Shown in pieces: positions 38,850-51,420 of a stretch of 64,000 bases of DNA. The notes under the pieces are model-generated. The model was not told the origin of the DNA. It saw only the letters and a list, made by a program, of their open reading frames with translations, and ran no database searches. The position numbers were made by a program, and so were the translations under genes. The stretch's first letter is position 1, and each line of letters begins with the position of its first letter. This DNA is from Takakia lepidozioides (lineage: Eukaryota; Plantae; Bryophyta): NCBI GenBank assembly GCA_030704615.1, contig CM060731.1, forward strand, positions 64,852,001 to 64,916,000. Reading direction: 5' to 3'.

Positions 38850-41601
38850 AAGTCTGTGCAGACTTCCCGGATGCTTTGTAGAGATGGGCTACTGAGATAT
38901 TGCAAAGCGTCATGCTAACAACTGCACCCATACCAAAAAACAGAGACAGAACAGTGGATGTGGGAAGTTTGTGCCGACTTCCCAAACAAGACCTCGACTG
39001 TGTTAAGAAATAAACTGCTGCCTAGAACTTCATGTTATATAAAAAACCAGTATAGTGGATGTGGGAAGTCTCATGTGCCGACTTCCCAGGCAATAGCTAC
39101 ATGAGGGTATGGTGGGCGGGAAATGTCCCCACCCATGCACTGAACCGTATATCCTATGAAAAGCGGGCACTGAATATCGTTCCGTGCACTGAACCCGAGC
39201 GCCATATTCAGTGCCCAAAATACGCCCCTGAATCCAAGTCAATGTGACCAAGCGCGTGCCTGTCAGCATCTTGGCGGAGACCTCGCCCTTTCCGGCCAAT
39301 GGGAGGCGAGGTGCACGGGGATAGCGTGGGCGATTCAAGGACAAGGGTGTGCGCGAGTTGGGCTACCGTGCCACAGAACCCAGCAGGCCTTGAATCGATG
39401 ACGCTATCTTTGGCGTTACAGGGAGTTTTTTGGGCTCAAGGGTGGGGATGCTCTAAGACAAGGAGTCGTCCCACAATTCGGCACCATTTGCCCATCCGGG
39501 ATATCCACAATGACCAAGTCAGCACTGGACGTGGAAACACCCCCGCACAGGCTCCCTCCTCTTCTTGTGGCGTTCAAGGAATGCATAAACCATGGCCCTC
39601 TCCGGTGGCCACAGGCTTTGTGGGATTCAATCACGAGGCGCTGCTCAACAAGTTCAAAATAGTTGCAGTGGATGCATGACACCTCTATAGTCGGCACAGA
39701 CTTCTGCAATGGACGCGCCTCGAACATGGATAATTGCGTTGCCAAGGGCAATGTCGTGGCCCGGGCTTGTCTTGTAACAGCACCAGTCTGCGAGGGCCAA
39801 AGACTGTGGGCCAGACCGGCATTGGTTTGCTAGTTCCCTTCCACCCAAATGCTCAATAAAGCCAGTACGGTTCTGCTCTTCAACATCTTCGTCTTCCCCC
39901 GCCTCCACGTCCTCTGTCTCATCTGCCCCCTCCTAGCTTTTCTCTTTCTGGGCTCTAGCCTGCTTGGCAGGAGATGATGTGTCGTCGACTCTTTGCGACT
40001 TCTTGGGTTTCTGCTTCCCGGTGCGGCCATTTTTTTGAAGCTGCCACCACAACAAACTAGGTCTCCGTCATGTGCGAAAGATGAGCGACCGCTGCATTGT
40101 GGGCTTTAGCCCTCGCGATCTCGCTGGCAGGTTCTCCAGGTGGAGGTGGAACAAAGTGACCTGAAGCAAATTTCTTATATGCTTCTGCTTCCTCTGCAAG
40201 GATGATGGTGGGTAGGCACTCCAACCACCAATAACACTGCAAATGGGAGGACCGCACTCCTTAACTTGCTTCCCATTGTACATGGTGCATTGAATCCGTG
40301 TACCAACCCACTTAGAAATCATTGCCGGAATAGCTTGAATGTGTTTTTTGGACATAAGGTAGAAGTTGATGTACATGCAAAATGTCAAGCACTATTGGAT
40401 TCAGTAATTATGTGGTGGTTTCACCATTGTGAGGATGACCTCGGAAAATCTATGCCGACTTCCCAACTGCCACCTCTACAAAACAATACAGGATCTGCAT
40501 TGTAACAAGTCGACGTGCAGGTAGAGACCCTGGACTGGCTGCTCAAGGATTTCCCAGCTTCTCCGTGGGTCCTACACCATCTCGTAGTGGAAAAGCTGTT
40601 CCCAATACCAGATCCTGAATTCGTCAATCCACTTGAGCAATCATTGCATGTTCTCCAACTCGGCCCTGGGACGCAGCACCAAAACCTCGTCGGAAACTAG
40701 AAAGCCCAGTTGCCTCTCCGCCTCAAGTTGCATTTACTGCAAACACCAGCCATTTTCAGCACGACCCTCCAAGTTCCACAAGAGAATCGAATTCTACAAA
40801 ACATTAAGGCAATGTCACTGTAAGTCTGTGCCGACTTCAAGAACAATGAATAAAAACAACATATTCATTGTGGTGAAGAATGGAATACCCGCCACCACCA
40901 AGTGGCCTTGTCCACCCAAGCACTCATCTTCTTGTCCGTTGGTCCCACCGGAAAAATGCCCATGTTGCCTGTCGGCATATTCCACAATTTCAACCATGCA
41001 ACCTTCTCATCCGGAGAAACTAGGCTGGTGGCAATCATCTGAAGTTTCTCAAGGGTCATCTCCACTGTCTAGGGCGTGCAACTTGTTGTAGTAGGTTGTT
41101 ATCTCGAAAAGGAACCCCTTGCCAAGGGATGGATAAAAAATGGAACTATACTTAGCAATTTTTGAATGCCATTCCGTCTTGTATATTCTGCATGACAACG
41201 AAGAAGTAAGCACATGGAGAAAATTTGGGTGGAGGATTAAGTATTTGGTGCAGACTTCCCGTAGTATGACAGTCGACAAAATGCAGAAACCAGCATCATA
41301 GGCAATGGCAAAGCATAACGTGCCGACTACCCACATCCAAGCAAAGCATTATATTTACAAATTTCCTATAGAGATGATTATAACATCACAGATGATGTCA
41401 GAACCTGTATGAATAAGGAGATGCAAGCCTAATATGGCTGAGAGTCGGCACAGACTTCACATTGCCCTCACTGGGTCTGGGAAATCGGCGCGGACTTCCC
41501 ACCTCCTACTGCAAGAACAAATGGTAAGACTAAGTATGCTCGGGTGAGCAGACTTCAAAGTGACTAACGAGGCTAACAATGCTCATATGAGCAGACTACC
41601 C
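38850..41601. repeat. Dispersed ~22-bp imperfect palindrome GGGAAGTC(T/G)GTGC(C/A)GACTTCCC, about 12 copies
   Basis: Copies at 38850, 38962, 39062, 39689, 40443, 40822, 41239, 41320, 41442 and 41478; variants at 41532 and 41580. Confidence 0.88.
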
Positions 41602-42056
41602 AAATGTGTTAGCATTCTTACACATTCATGCGGTTAATGTCATGGCCCTTCTGACCAAGGTGATGTCCTCTTTTTTCACATCCAAAATCTTCGAGTTCAC
41701 TGCATAGTGCTATTTTGGGTTGTCTACATGCTGCTCTGCTATGACCTCCATCCACGCCAAACACTACAACCCAAATGGGGCTTCACGTAGTCGTTGAAAT
41801 GTTCGTGACTACGTAGTCGCTCAGAGGACTACGTTGGTAGACGTTGTCATGACTGCATGGCTCCGCATGAGACGGAAGGGTGGTCAACGATGATTCACCA
41901 GCGCTAGCTTGCCACCAACAATCGCCGGAATGACTTCTAGTGCAAGCTTGGTAGCCAAAAGGTTAAAAATTTCAAAAAGTTATTTGTAGGGTTGCCCATT
42001 AGAGGGCTGGGACTTGTTTTTTTTTTGTCTCCTGCGCGTTTTCTTAGTAAAGAGCC

Positions 42057-45000
42057 GAGAGCATGGAACGCGATGATCGCAGGATATGTAAGGGCGTGGG
42101 ATGGAGGCTTTGCAGAGCTATTCTTGATCAAATGCTGCAGGAAGGGCGAGGATATGCACATCGTGGGCATGGTATAGAGGCTTCGGAGACGTATGAGCAA
42201 ATAATGCGGGAAGGGGTGAAGCCGGACTGGGGTCACGGTCATTTGTGTTTGCAATGCGTGTGCGAGTCTGGCAGCCCTGGAAAAGGGTAAAAGGTCCATG
42301 GTGACATTGTCAAATTTAGGATATCCAGAAACAGGTAATAGAGACAGATGTGGCAGTATTGAGGATACAAAGGGAGTGTTTGAGAATATGGCTGAGCGAA
42401 ATGTCGTGTCCTAGAGTGTGATGATCGCGGGATATGCCCCAGCATGGATGCGGGATGGAGGCATTGGAGACCTATGAGCAAATGATGCGGGAAGGGGTAA
42501 AGGCAGATAGACTTGGTCACATTCGTTTGTAGATGCAATGCGTGTGCGAGCTGCCTGATTCTTCTTTGACATGTTTCAGCCTGTTTTTCCCTCTCATCAG
42601 ACTCGGCCTTGAATTGCTCGGTGGAGCAGAGCTCGCATGAGTTTTTTACAGATCCTTCACGATGGTGGGACAACCGCGATCACAAGTACTTTGACATGTA
42701 ACTACCAATGTGGCAACTGGAAAGTATCCAAAAACAGATAACAGAGATGAGGAGAAGCTATGGAATGAATACTTCTCCGACCCCAATCAATGGTGGAACA
42801 AGCGAGGCAAGAAAGTGAATGCTGTTGGATTACAAAGAAAAGCAGATGCAATTAGCATATGAGCTAGTGTGATAAGTAGGGTTGGGTTATTTGTTAGAAC
42901 AAATCATTGTCAGTTGCTTGCAGCAATGCGAAGATCTATGCATGATTTGTGCAGAGGGGCAGATAGCTGAAGGAGCAAGGATAGAGTGTGCGTCCAGATT
43001 CATCCAAGAGGGCCGGATTTCAAGCACAAGATTACCTATGATTCCGTGTGGATCAATAGCTACACGAAACCTGCATGGGTAGATGGTCAACTGGAAGCAG
43101 CACCGGCACCGGCACAGTTGATAAAGTGAGGCAGACCACAGCTTCTAAAAGAGGACCAAGAGAGGGAGTCCACAATGACTCTTCTGGGACTTCTGGGCAT
43201 GTGAAGATGCTTTGTGAAGCTGACTGACTAACAGCTCTACAGACTTTAAACCAAAGAAGAGGCATTTCAGCAGATTCAGATACGTATGTCTATTTCTTGC
43301 ATAAGTGCATCAAGATGAAAGGCCTGGAAGCTGGAAAGCAAGTGCGTGCATGGGGATATCATCAAAGCTAGAATTGTACCAAATGTCATTATGAACAATA
43401 CCCTGGTGGACTGGTATGCAAAATGTGGGTGCATCGAACCCTAGACAAGGGCAAAGAGGTGCATGGGGATATCATCAAAGCTGGAATTGTACCAAATGTC
43501 ATTATGAACACTACCCTGGAAGCTCTGGAAAAGGGCAAAGAGGTCCATGGCAACATCTTCAGAGCTGGAATTGTACCAAATGTCATTCTAAACAATACCC
43601 TGGTGGACATGTATGCAAAATGTGGGTGCATCGAGGATGCAAAGGGAGTCCCCCATGGGTCATGACACAAGGTCGAGGACAATGTCGTGAGGGCACCTTC
43701 TTCTTCAACCTATTTCAGCCTGTTTTGCCCTCTCATCAGACTCATCCCTGAATTTGCATCATGTTGAATTCTGTAATTTAGCTTGTTGGGTGGATCTGCA
43801 TGGGATAGCTGAAGGAGCAGGGATAGAGTGTGGGTCCAGATTCATTCAAGAGGGCCAGATTTCAAGCTCCAGATTACGTATGACTCCCTGTGGATCAATA
43901 GCTACAAGAAACCTGCATGGGTAGGTCGTGTTGTGACATCTCCCATGGATGCTGAAGACAAGTTGTGCTAAAAAACAGAGTGTGCCCTCGTACGATCGAC
44001 CACCTTAATTAGCAACCAGTCCTAACAAAGATGGTATTTCTGAAGGGTTGTATGGTGAAGAGAAGCATGAATTGAAGAGAGAGGATGTTGCAGAGGAAGG
44101 CAATAATCAAGGAGGTTCTCCAAAGAATTCAATGCATTTGGCGTTCCCTGATAGCAATGAGGTCGTAATAGATGGAGTACTCAGTCAGAGCAAGGGAGTG
44201 AGGGTGTAGGGATATGTCAAAAGACCAGCGCGCATTTGGACACTAGGAGATGCAGAAGTGAGGTTGATGAGGTCAGAGAGATGGACATGGAACAGGAAGG
44301 AAACAAGGTAGAGGATGAGGTTGGGCGCTCCCTATCCTATGATACACGGGCAGCAAGTCAAAAAAAATATTTACTTTGATGCAATGACAAGTGAGGTTGG
44401 AGGATGAAGGTCAAGCGATGACAACGATGATCTGAATCCGAACTGGGGTAAGAGTAGTCCAATTGGTATTCCAGGGGCACACTCAAGTTCAGATACCCTG
44501 TTCACAGTGGTCAAGGATGAGGGCACCCTCTGGCCTCTCTCAGAATCATTGCCAGATGTAAGGTACCCATCTGCGAGTGGGCAAATGTCTAATGTTCAGA
44601 CTAGTTTGAGTCGCTCAGTGGGTTCAGAGCCAACTGGAAGCTACAGCAGCAGCAGCAGCACAATTGATAAAACAAGACACTGCTAATGAAGGCACCTTCT
44701 TCAACACATTTCACCCTGTTTTTCCCTCTTATCAGTAGTGGCTCTAAATTTTCATGTTGAATTCTGCAAGTTAGCTGGTTGAGTAAACCTTTGTAGTTTG
44801 GAGTGACTTTGACATGATAAGTACTGCCAATGTGACAACAGGAAAGAATCCAGAAAGAGGTAACGGAGACCACAAGAAGTTGTGGAATGAATACTTTTCT
44901 GACCCTAGTCAATGGTGGGACAATCAAGGCAAAAAGATGAATGCCTGTTGGATTACAGAGAGTAGAAGATGCAATTGAGCATAGGAACTAGTGTGATAAG

Positions 45001-46110
45001 TTGAGTTGCCTAGGTGTTTCCTAGAACAATTTGAGGCTTTTATTGTCAGCTGCTAGCAGCAAGGCAATGGTGAATGCATGATTTGGGCAGAGGCATGGAT
45101 AGTTGAAGGAGCAGGGATAGAGTGTGGGTCCAGATTCATCGAAGAGGGCCGGACTTCAAGCTCCAAATTACCTACGATTCCTTGTGGATCAATAGCTACT
45201 AGCAACCTGCATGGGTAGATGGTCAACTGGAAGCTGCAGCAGCAACGGCGGAATTGATAAAATTAGGCACTGCTAATGAAGTCACCTTCTTCAACACATT
45301 TCACCTTGTTTTTCCTTCTTATCAGAATTGACCCTAAGTTTCCATGTTGAATTCTGCAAGTTAGCTGGTTGAGTGAACCTTTGATAGTTTGGAATGACGT
45401 TGACATGATACTGCCAATGTGACAACAGGAAAGTATCCAGAAATAGGTAACAAAGATGAGGGGAAGCTGTGGAATGCATACTTTTCTTACCCAATCAATG
45501 GTGGGACAATCGAGGCAAGAAGGTGAATGTCTGTTTGATTATAGAGAGTATCAGATGCAATTGAGCATAAGTTGAGTTGGGTGTTTCCTAGAACAAATCT
45601 AGGCTGTCATCGTCAGCTGCTAGCAGTAAGACAAGGATGTATGCATGATTTGTGCATAGGCATGGATAGGTGAAGGAGCAGGGATAGAGTGTGGGCCCAG
45701 ATTCATCCAAGAGGGCCAGAAAAAGGTCCATGGTGACATCGTCAAAGCTAGAATTGTACCGGATGTCATTCTGAAATACACTGCCCTGGTGGATGTATGC
45801 CAAATGTGGGTGCATTAAGGATGTGAAGGGAGTTTTCAACACTATGGCTGAACGAGATGTGGTGCCATGGAACTCGATGCTTGCAGGGTATGCACAGCAG
45901 AGACGTGGTATGGAGGCTTTGGAGACCTATGATCAAATGATGGGGGAAGGGGTGAAGCCCGACCACATCACGTTTTTGTGCATTTGCAATGCATGTGGAA
46001 GCCTGGCAGCTCTGGAAAAGGGCACAGAAGTCCATGGCAACATTGTCAGAGCTAGAATTTTACCAAATGTCATTCTGAACAATACCCTCGTGGACATGTA
46101 CATGCAAAAT
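42057..46110 (+). pseudogene. Scrambled PDF-motif and PLS-PPR gene fragments (paralogs of the gene at 1-6041)
   Basis: FFTDPSRWWDNRDHK (~42642-42686), KLWNEYFSDPNQWWNKRGKK, IHPRGPDFKHKITYDSVWINSYTKPAWV (~42998), and further copies at ~43840, 44875, 45134 and 45465. PPR pieces at 42057-42553, 43280-43650 and 45720-46110. Many stops and frameshifts. Confidence 0.88.
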
Positions 46111-46504
46111 GTGGGTGCACCCTATCCTGCTGATTTGTTGTTGTGCTGGAACAGTAGCAAACGTAGAAAGACATATGCATTTTATATCTGTTGCTATCTT
46201 CAGTGCATATGTAGTGTCCTTTGCACTTTGTCAGACTATTGTTTGCAGAGGAGCCGGATTTTGGGACTCCGGTGCTATATTGTAAATTTGACTGGCAGCA
46301 GTTTAAGATAAGCTCTTACATCTACTGTTGTCTTTAAGTGCCTATGTTTTGTCCTTTGCACTTGCTAACTTTGTTCTTTCTTGTGATTCTTGCCTGTGAA
46401 TAAAGCATTCATTTTTTGTCTTTTTGTTCTTCCCTTTGTTCTTCTCTTTGTTTAGTATTGAATAATACTAACTCTAATCTCTACTAACCCTAACGAGATA
46501 AACA

Positions 46505-46835
46505 TAGTCGTGATTCTGACTGTCCAATACATTTAAAAGTTTAAAACAACCCCTCATATGACACCATGTGTCCTCATATCAACATGTCATAGTCAGGATC
46601 ATGACTGCAAGACCTTATCAATACATGCCACGTGTCTACATATCAGGATGTTTGTTGTCAGGACAATGACCGTAAGACCTCTCGTTATATGCCACGTGTC
46701 CAGATATTAGCATGGTTGTAGTCAGGATGATGACTGCAGATCCTCCTCATGGTTATGCCACGTGGCAGTTTCGGGAGACGCCATATGGCGCACATCCACA
46801 AAACCTCCTGGACTTATTAAAAAAAGACACGTGTA
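46505..46835. repeat. ~65-bp subterminal tandem repeats containing G-box/ABRE cores
   Basis: GTCAGGA..ATGAC units. CACGTG at 46629, 46693, 46759 and 46828. Confidence 0.8.
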
Positions 46836-49800
46836 CAATTTGCAGCAGCACACTAAGTCATGTATGGTAGAAGTACATATGACTACCACATGACAGTGAG
46901 ATGTATCACTTGGTTTATCTGACTGCAGTCATCCATGACCGACCATACTGTACTCATTGTATTCACTTGGTTTGCACGACTTAAAGTCATTGCAGTCATA
47001 TGTACCGTTTATGACTACGAGATAGTTATATATACAGTCATATATACCGCGATCTGTTGTAGTGAAAGTACCGGTGGTTTCCTTCATAGATGTACAACCA
47101 CTTGTTGCTTAAAAACTCCCAGGTTCATCCGAGTCGACTTACTGCATGGGCCAATATGATCAGGAAATCTACTGCCCTTAAGTTCCTGGATATAACCTCT
47201 TAAGTATTTCCTTCACATCTCTGAATTGCTCGCTCATACTATGAAAACAACGCACGAGTTCATTGTTTATCATACACAGTGTTACATAGCTAACGTTCGG
47301 CACCCCAACATGGTTTATCGCATGCCTGTTTTCCACTCTTCCATTGTCCACTGTCCTAACAAATAACTAGAGAGAAGCAATAAGGGGTACATGAGAATGG
47401 GCAAAACCTAAAGATTGCCCCTCCTACGAAAGTGCCTTGGATTTTCCTCTACGGAGGCAACGCTTGTGTCTGCAGTTCACATCTAATTCTTCCCCATTCT
47501 CAGGTGAGGTGAAGGGCGAGCGCTAATGGAACTGCCAGCATGTTGGGAGGGTGTCGTTCCAATCAACAGTGGCATCTGAGGTTCTGCAGCAGAGGAACAT
47601 CCATATATTCTAACAAAAAAAAGAAGGCATATTATCTCACAGGGTCATTTGCCCCAATTGCTATTGCCCTGTATTGGACCATTTGTACTGTCTGGTATCT
47701 CATTTTGAATCTGCTGTTTTTCGCCTTAACGTACAAGTCGGAGTTGAAAAGCCATGGTGGAAGGGAGCTTAACAAAGACTTCGTTTCATACCTTTGAACG
47801 ACCGAAGCCGAAGTCCACCCAAAGATGAAATGCTTCATAAAGGTGGCATCTTTGCAGGCCCACGTCGATGGTGGGAAGCACATGCTGCTTCCAGCTTGAA
47901 GCGACAACTCAACATTCTTGTCCATCGTGATCTCATGGAATGTTGAAACGACAAGGTATGACGTACAAACTGTCCCTGGTCGAAGATCGGGTCTTGCAAA
48001 TTATGGAGGTGTCAAAAGTAAGCAAATCATCAATCCTCAGCTTGTTCGATATCCCCTTTGCTACACTCAGAGCATCTCTTATTTCATTTCTAGGTTGTTA
48101 TAATCGCCTTACAAATTACATGTCCAAAACCGGGCCTAACTCTTTTCTGCACCTGTAGAATGTCTCCTGCAACTTGCAGTTGCTCGGGTCATTGTGACAA
48201 TACACACATGTGGTGGCACACCGGTCAGGTCTTTAATACACAAATTCCGACTGCTGGCTAAGACATGTTCTCCTTCATATTGCAGCTTCCAATCTCTTAA
48301 GCAAGTTTAGAATGGTAGAACTTTGCGTCTCCTGCACAATGTCCTGTCCGGTCCTGTCAAATAATTACGAGCACTAGTTGTTAGCAGGTAGCTAGTATAT
48401 GCTACCACGCTGCGATGACATGTTATAGGTTGATCTGAAGCGTTATATATATGGGATAGACATTGCATTATTTTTGTCCAGACATGATTTGTTTATTTGG
48501 AAACAGTAGCTAAAATATTTTCTTTTAATAGTTGTACTGTGTTGTTTTGACATTAATGAACAACATGCTAATGTATTAATCTCAAATCAGAGGAGGTGGA
48601 AATTCAAGATATCGTAGATTTAAAATTTTGCTGACTACAACATATTTGGCATTGCGATAGCTTTGCAGTGAGGGTGTCATATCATTTTAATCCAAGCCGG
48701 AATGCTTCCCATTAGCTACGTGCAAAGATACATTTTTCCAAAAAAATTCAAGATATCTTTACGCTTTATGACTTGTAAAACCAGGTATAGTCGGTCACCT
48801 ACAATGAGGATCGGCTCTAGCTGGTTTTCGAAGCGCATGGTGCAAGCCGCAATGATTGCGTTACATTCAAACTTCATATAAAACAAAAGTCTCATTAGGA
48901 GGCAACCACATGCCATGCACTTAAGTTCATTTGTCTTATTTGACCTGAATGATAATGTCAACCATGCTTATATGCTTGGGCTTTCATAATAATGACTTCT
49001 CATCCATGGTCATACATTTTCTCATCAATAATTATTACTCTACATCCTAGTCATACCATCCATATCACATTGTTAAAAATTCATCCACAAGGTCATCCAG
49101 ATGGTATCATCCGCACATCATCCAGCAATCATTGCTTAAGGGCTCATCCCACATATAAATATGTGGAGCCCTCATTTGTTCCTCGCTGAGGTTTTTCCTC
49201 GAGCTCCTTAAGGTAAGCCTTCACTTTTCTTTTGTTATTTTGTGTTGTATTTTGGTTTGAGTTTTTGTTTTTATTTTTATTTATCTTATGTTTGTTATTA
49301 TTGTATATTATACCTTATTATATGGAGTGGCCACACCGTTACACTGACGGGACCTTGGTCGGTCAGACTTGGTACCAATTGACTTCTTCGACGTATTCTC
49401 AAGGTGCGGTAAGTCATCCACCGATTAATTTCTCAAACTTACTTTGTAATGTATTTTTTTTTTCTTCAGTATGGAATCGGCCCGCGCCCGTAACTCACTC
49501 ACTCATTTGTATTAATCCAAATATGTATTGTGTAATGTATATGTAATATATATTTTGTGTAATATTATATTGCATGACATATTGTAGGCATTCTTATATA
49601 CGCCGACCCGCCCGATTTGGAGTGTGGACGTCGTCACACTCATTGGTTTTCGTCACGTAAGATTCTAACCGCCATCCAATGGTGTCCCATGACCACATTA
49701 TTTTGGTATTTGAATTGCATACGAATAATTTGAATTTCATGCCTTCATTCATGGTAACTAATATAATCATAAGTAACTTCTGACCTGAATAATTAAATTA

Positions 49801-50341
49801 TGAATTGATTAATAATCATAATCAATTTAAAATTACCAATACTTGAAGAATATCATACTCTCATTATTTGTAGTTGTGATATTAATATTTTGGAGTATTA
49901 ATAAATATTTTAAAATAATTCATCAATCATATAGTAATATTAAGAAATGATCGTACTAATGGTATGATCATTATGTATTACATCAATAAAATATAATGTA
50001 CATCGTAACAGGCACATACCACCTCGGAAGTGGTTGTGGGTTCAATCCACCGATTGCTGTCACAAATGTGTCCACCTTCATAACGGAAGGCAGTAACCTA
50101 TTGTGGTGAAGAGACACCATAATTTACGCTTCATTGGGGAGACCGTCGGATGTCAAATATTATATTATATTAATGTACATGCTCCAAACCAAGTTATGTT
50201 CAACCAAATTATGAATTGAAATAATATACATGATAATATCTAATTACTATGGTTATACATTTTTATTCTATTAATATCTACTTATTGTCAATGGCCTCTA
50301 AGTATGCAATCTTGTGTTTTGGTGGTTCAATGTGATGTAGT

Positions 50342-51420
50342 ATGGATGCGGATGACCCGAATTTGTCCAGGGATTATGAGCCACATTCTAGACCGACTGC
50401 AAAGCCTCCACGTCGTCGTGCCCCTCATATTCTCCCAGAGTTAGCCACACCATGGACATGATAGCTAGTATTCACTAGTGGGGATAACAATCGTCAGAGA
50501 CCACTGCGTCACAGTCAGTCTTCACCGGTGCACGAGGGTGTTGTTCGTCCTACAGTCACCATCGATGATGACGGTGATAGTGATGAGACTCCCCATCACA
50601 TGGATGTTGACCCTGTTCCTGATCCACATGCTCTCCCTCTACTTACGGAGGATGAGCTAGAGGTAGCATTGGAGAGTATCGAACTTGTACATCGGGTCGT
50701 AGCGATAGTGTTGACAGTGCACCCATTGTGCCACCTGTTCATGGCATGGATATATCGAGTGGGGGACCAGCTTGTGGATGCAAACACCCGATGGAGATTG
50801 CCTATTGATGAGTTACATAGGTATTCTGGTGCATATGACCGACGCCGGAGGCAGTTCAGGTGGGGCATGACATATTTGGCATCCGCTGTCACCGGTGTGC
50901 CAATGACGGACTGCAGTGACATTGAGATCTCACGCGCTATAGGATACATTGGTCAGAGCCCAGACCATCGTCATTTGGCATTAGATTCTATTGTTCAGAC
51001 TTGGGATGTATGGGGCTCCATTCGTGATCGTGAGGCTCAACATCTTATGGCCACGATACGTGAGTGTTTTGACCCGACACGGATGACCGCACTGATGGTT
51101 GATGCTAGGATGACACACAAGATCCTCCGATTACTGAAGTCGTTTGATGTTCACGGAGTTTTTAAGAACATTAATTCGACTAATGTTGTACAACGGATGA
51201 AGGTATGTTTATATTTTATGTTTATTTGTTTATATATTTTGCATAAATCCATGTACGTAACATTTTTAATTTAGTTTAAATGAATGTATCATGTGGCAAT
51301 GGGGGGTTAATGTTCACTTTATTTATTCAGGATTTCTACGAAGAGGCATCTGCAGGGCTTGGTTGGAGTCGTACCGATGGTTTCACATACGGAGTGCAAG
51401 TTGACAACGTTGAGGCATAG
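50342..51420 (+). pseudogene. Unidentified, probably TE-associated protein gene with premature stops
   Basis: ATG 50342 is in frame with the 248-aa ORF at 50528 but has TGA-TAG near 50459. Donor at 51203 and acceptor at 51330. AT-rich upstream region. No recognisable motif. Confidence 0.4.

Larger units (their letters stand above)
41762..47064. mobile_element. Non-autonomous CACTA element (5.3 kb) carrying PPR/PDF gene fragments (Pack-CACTA-like)
   Basis: CACTACAAC at 41762 and GTTGTAGTG ending at 47064. AAA TSD on both sides. GACTRC/GYAGTC subterminal repeats at both ends. The flanking protein motif rejoins when the element is removed. Confidence 0.82.
38370..48300 (-). pseudogene. TE-associated ParB-like + beta-class N4/N6 DNA-methyltransferase-like gene, degenerate and interrupted by a CACTA element
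   Basis: KWLYIYEGNHRY (47068-47105) continues as LAWMEVIAEQHVDNPK*HYAVNSKILD (41760 down). ADLVIVDIPDG (~39495-39525). GTWFRGTREKS..MEMLTEVGGKVVDLTG..A..CGHHLLALE (~38520-38680). The 5' limit is approximate. Confidence 0.6.

Noticed and set aside
38850-41601. CRISPR-like reading of the palindromic repeats
   Set aside because: Irregular spacing (tens to hundreds of bp), mixed orientation, degenerate copies, eukaryotic context and no cas genes.
43930-44600. Non-PPR, purine-rich segment inside the CACTA cargo
   Set aside because: No intact frame or motif, so its origin cannot be assigned.
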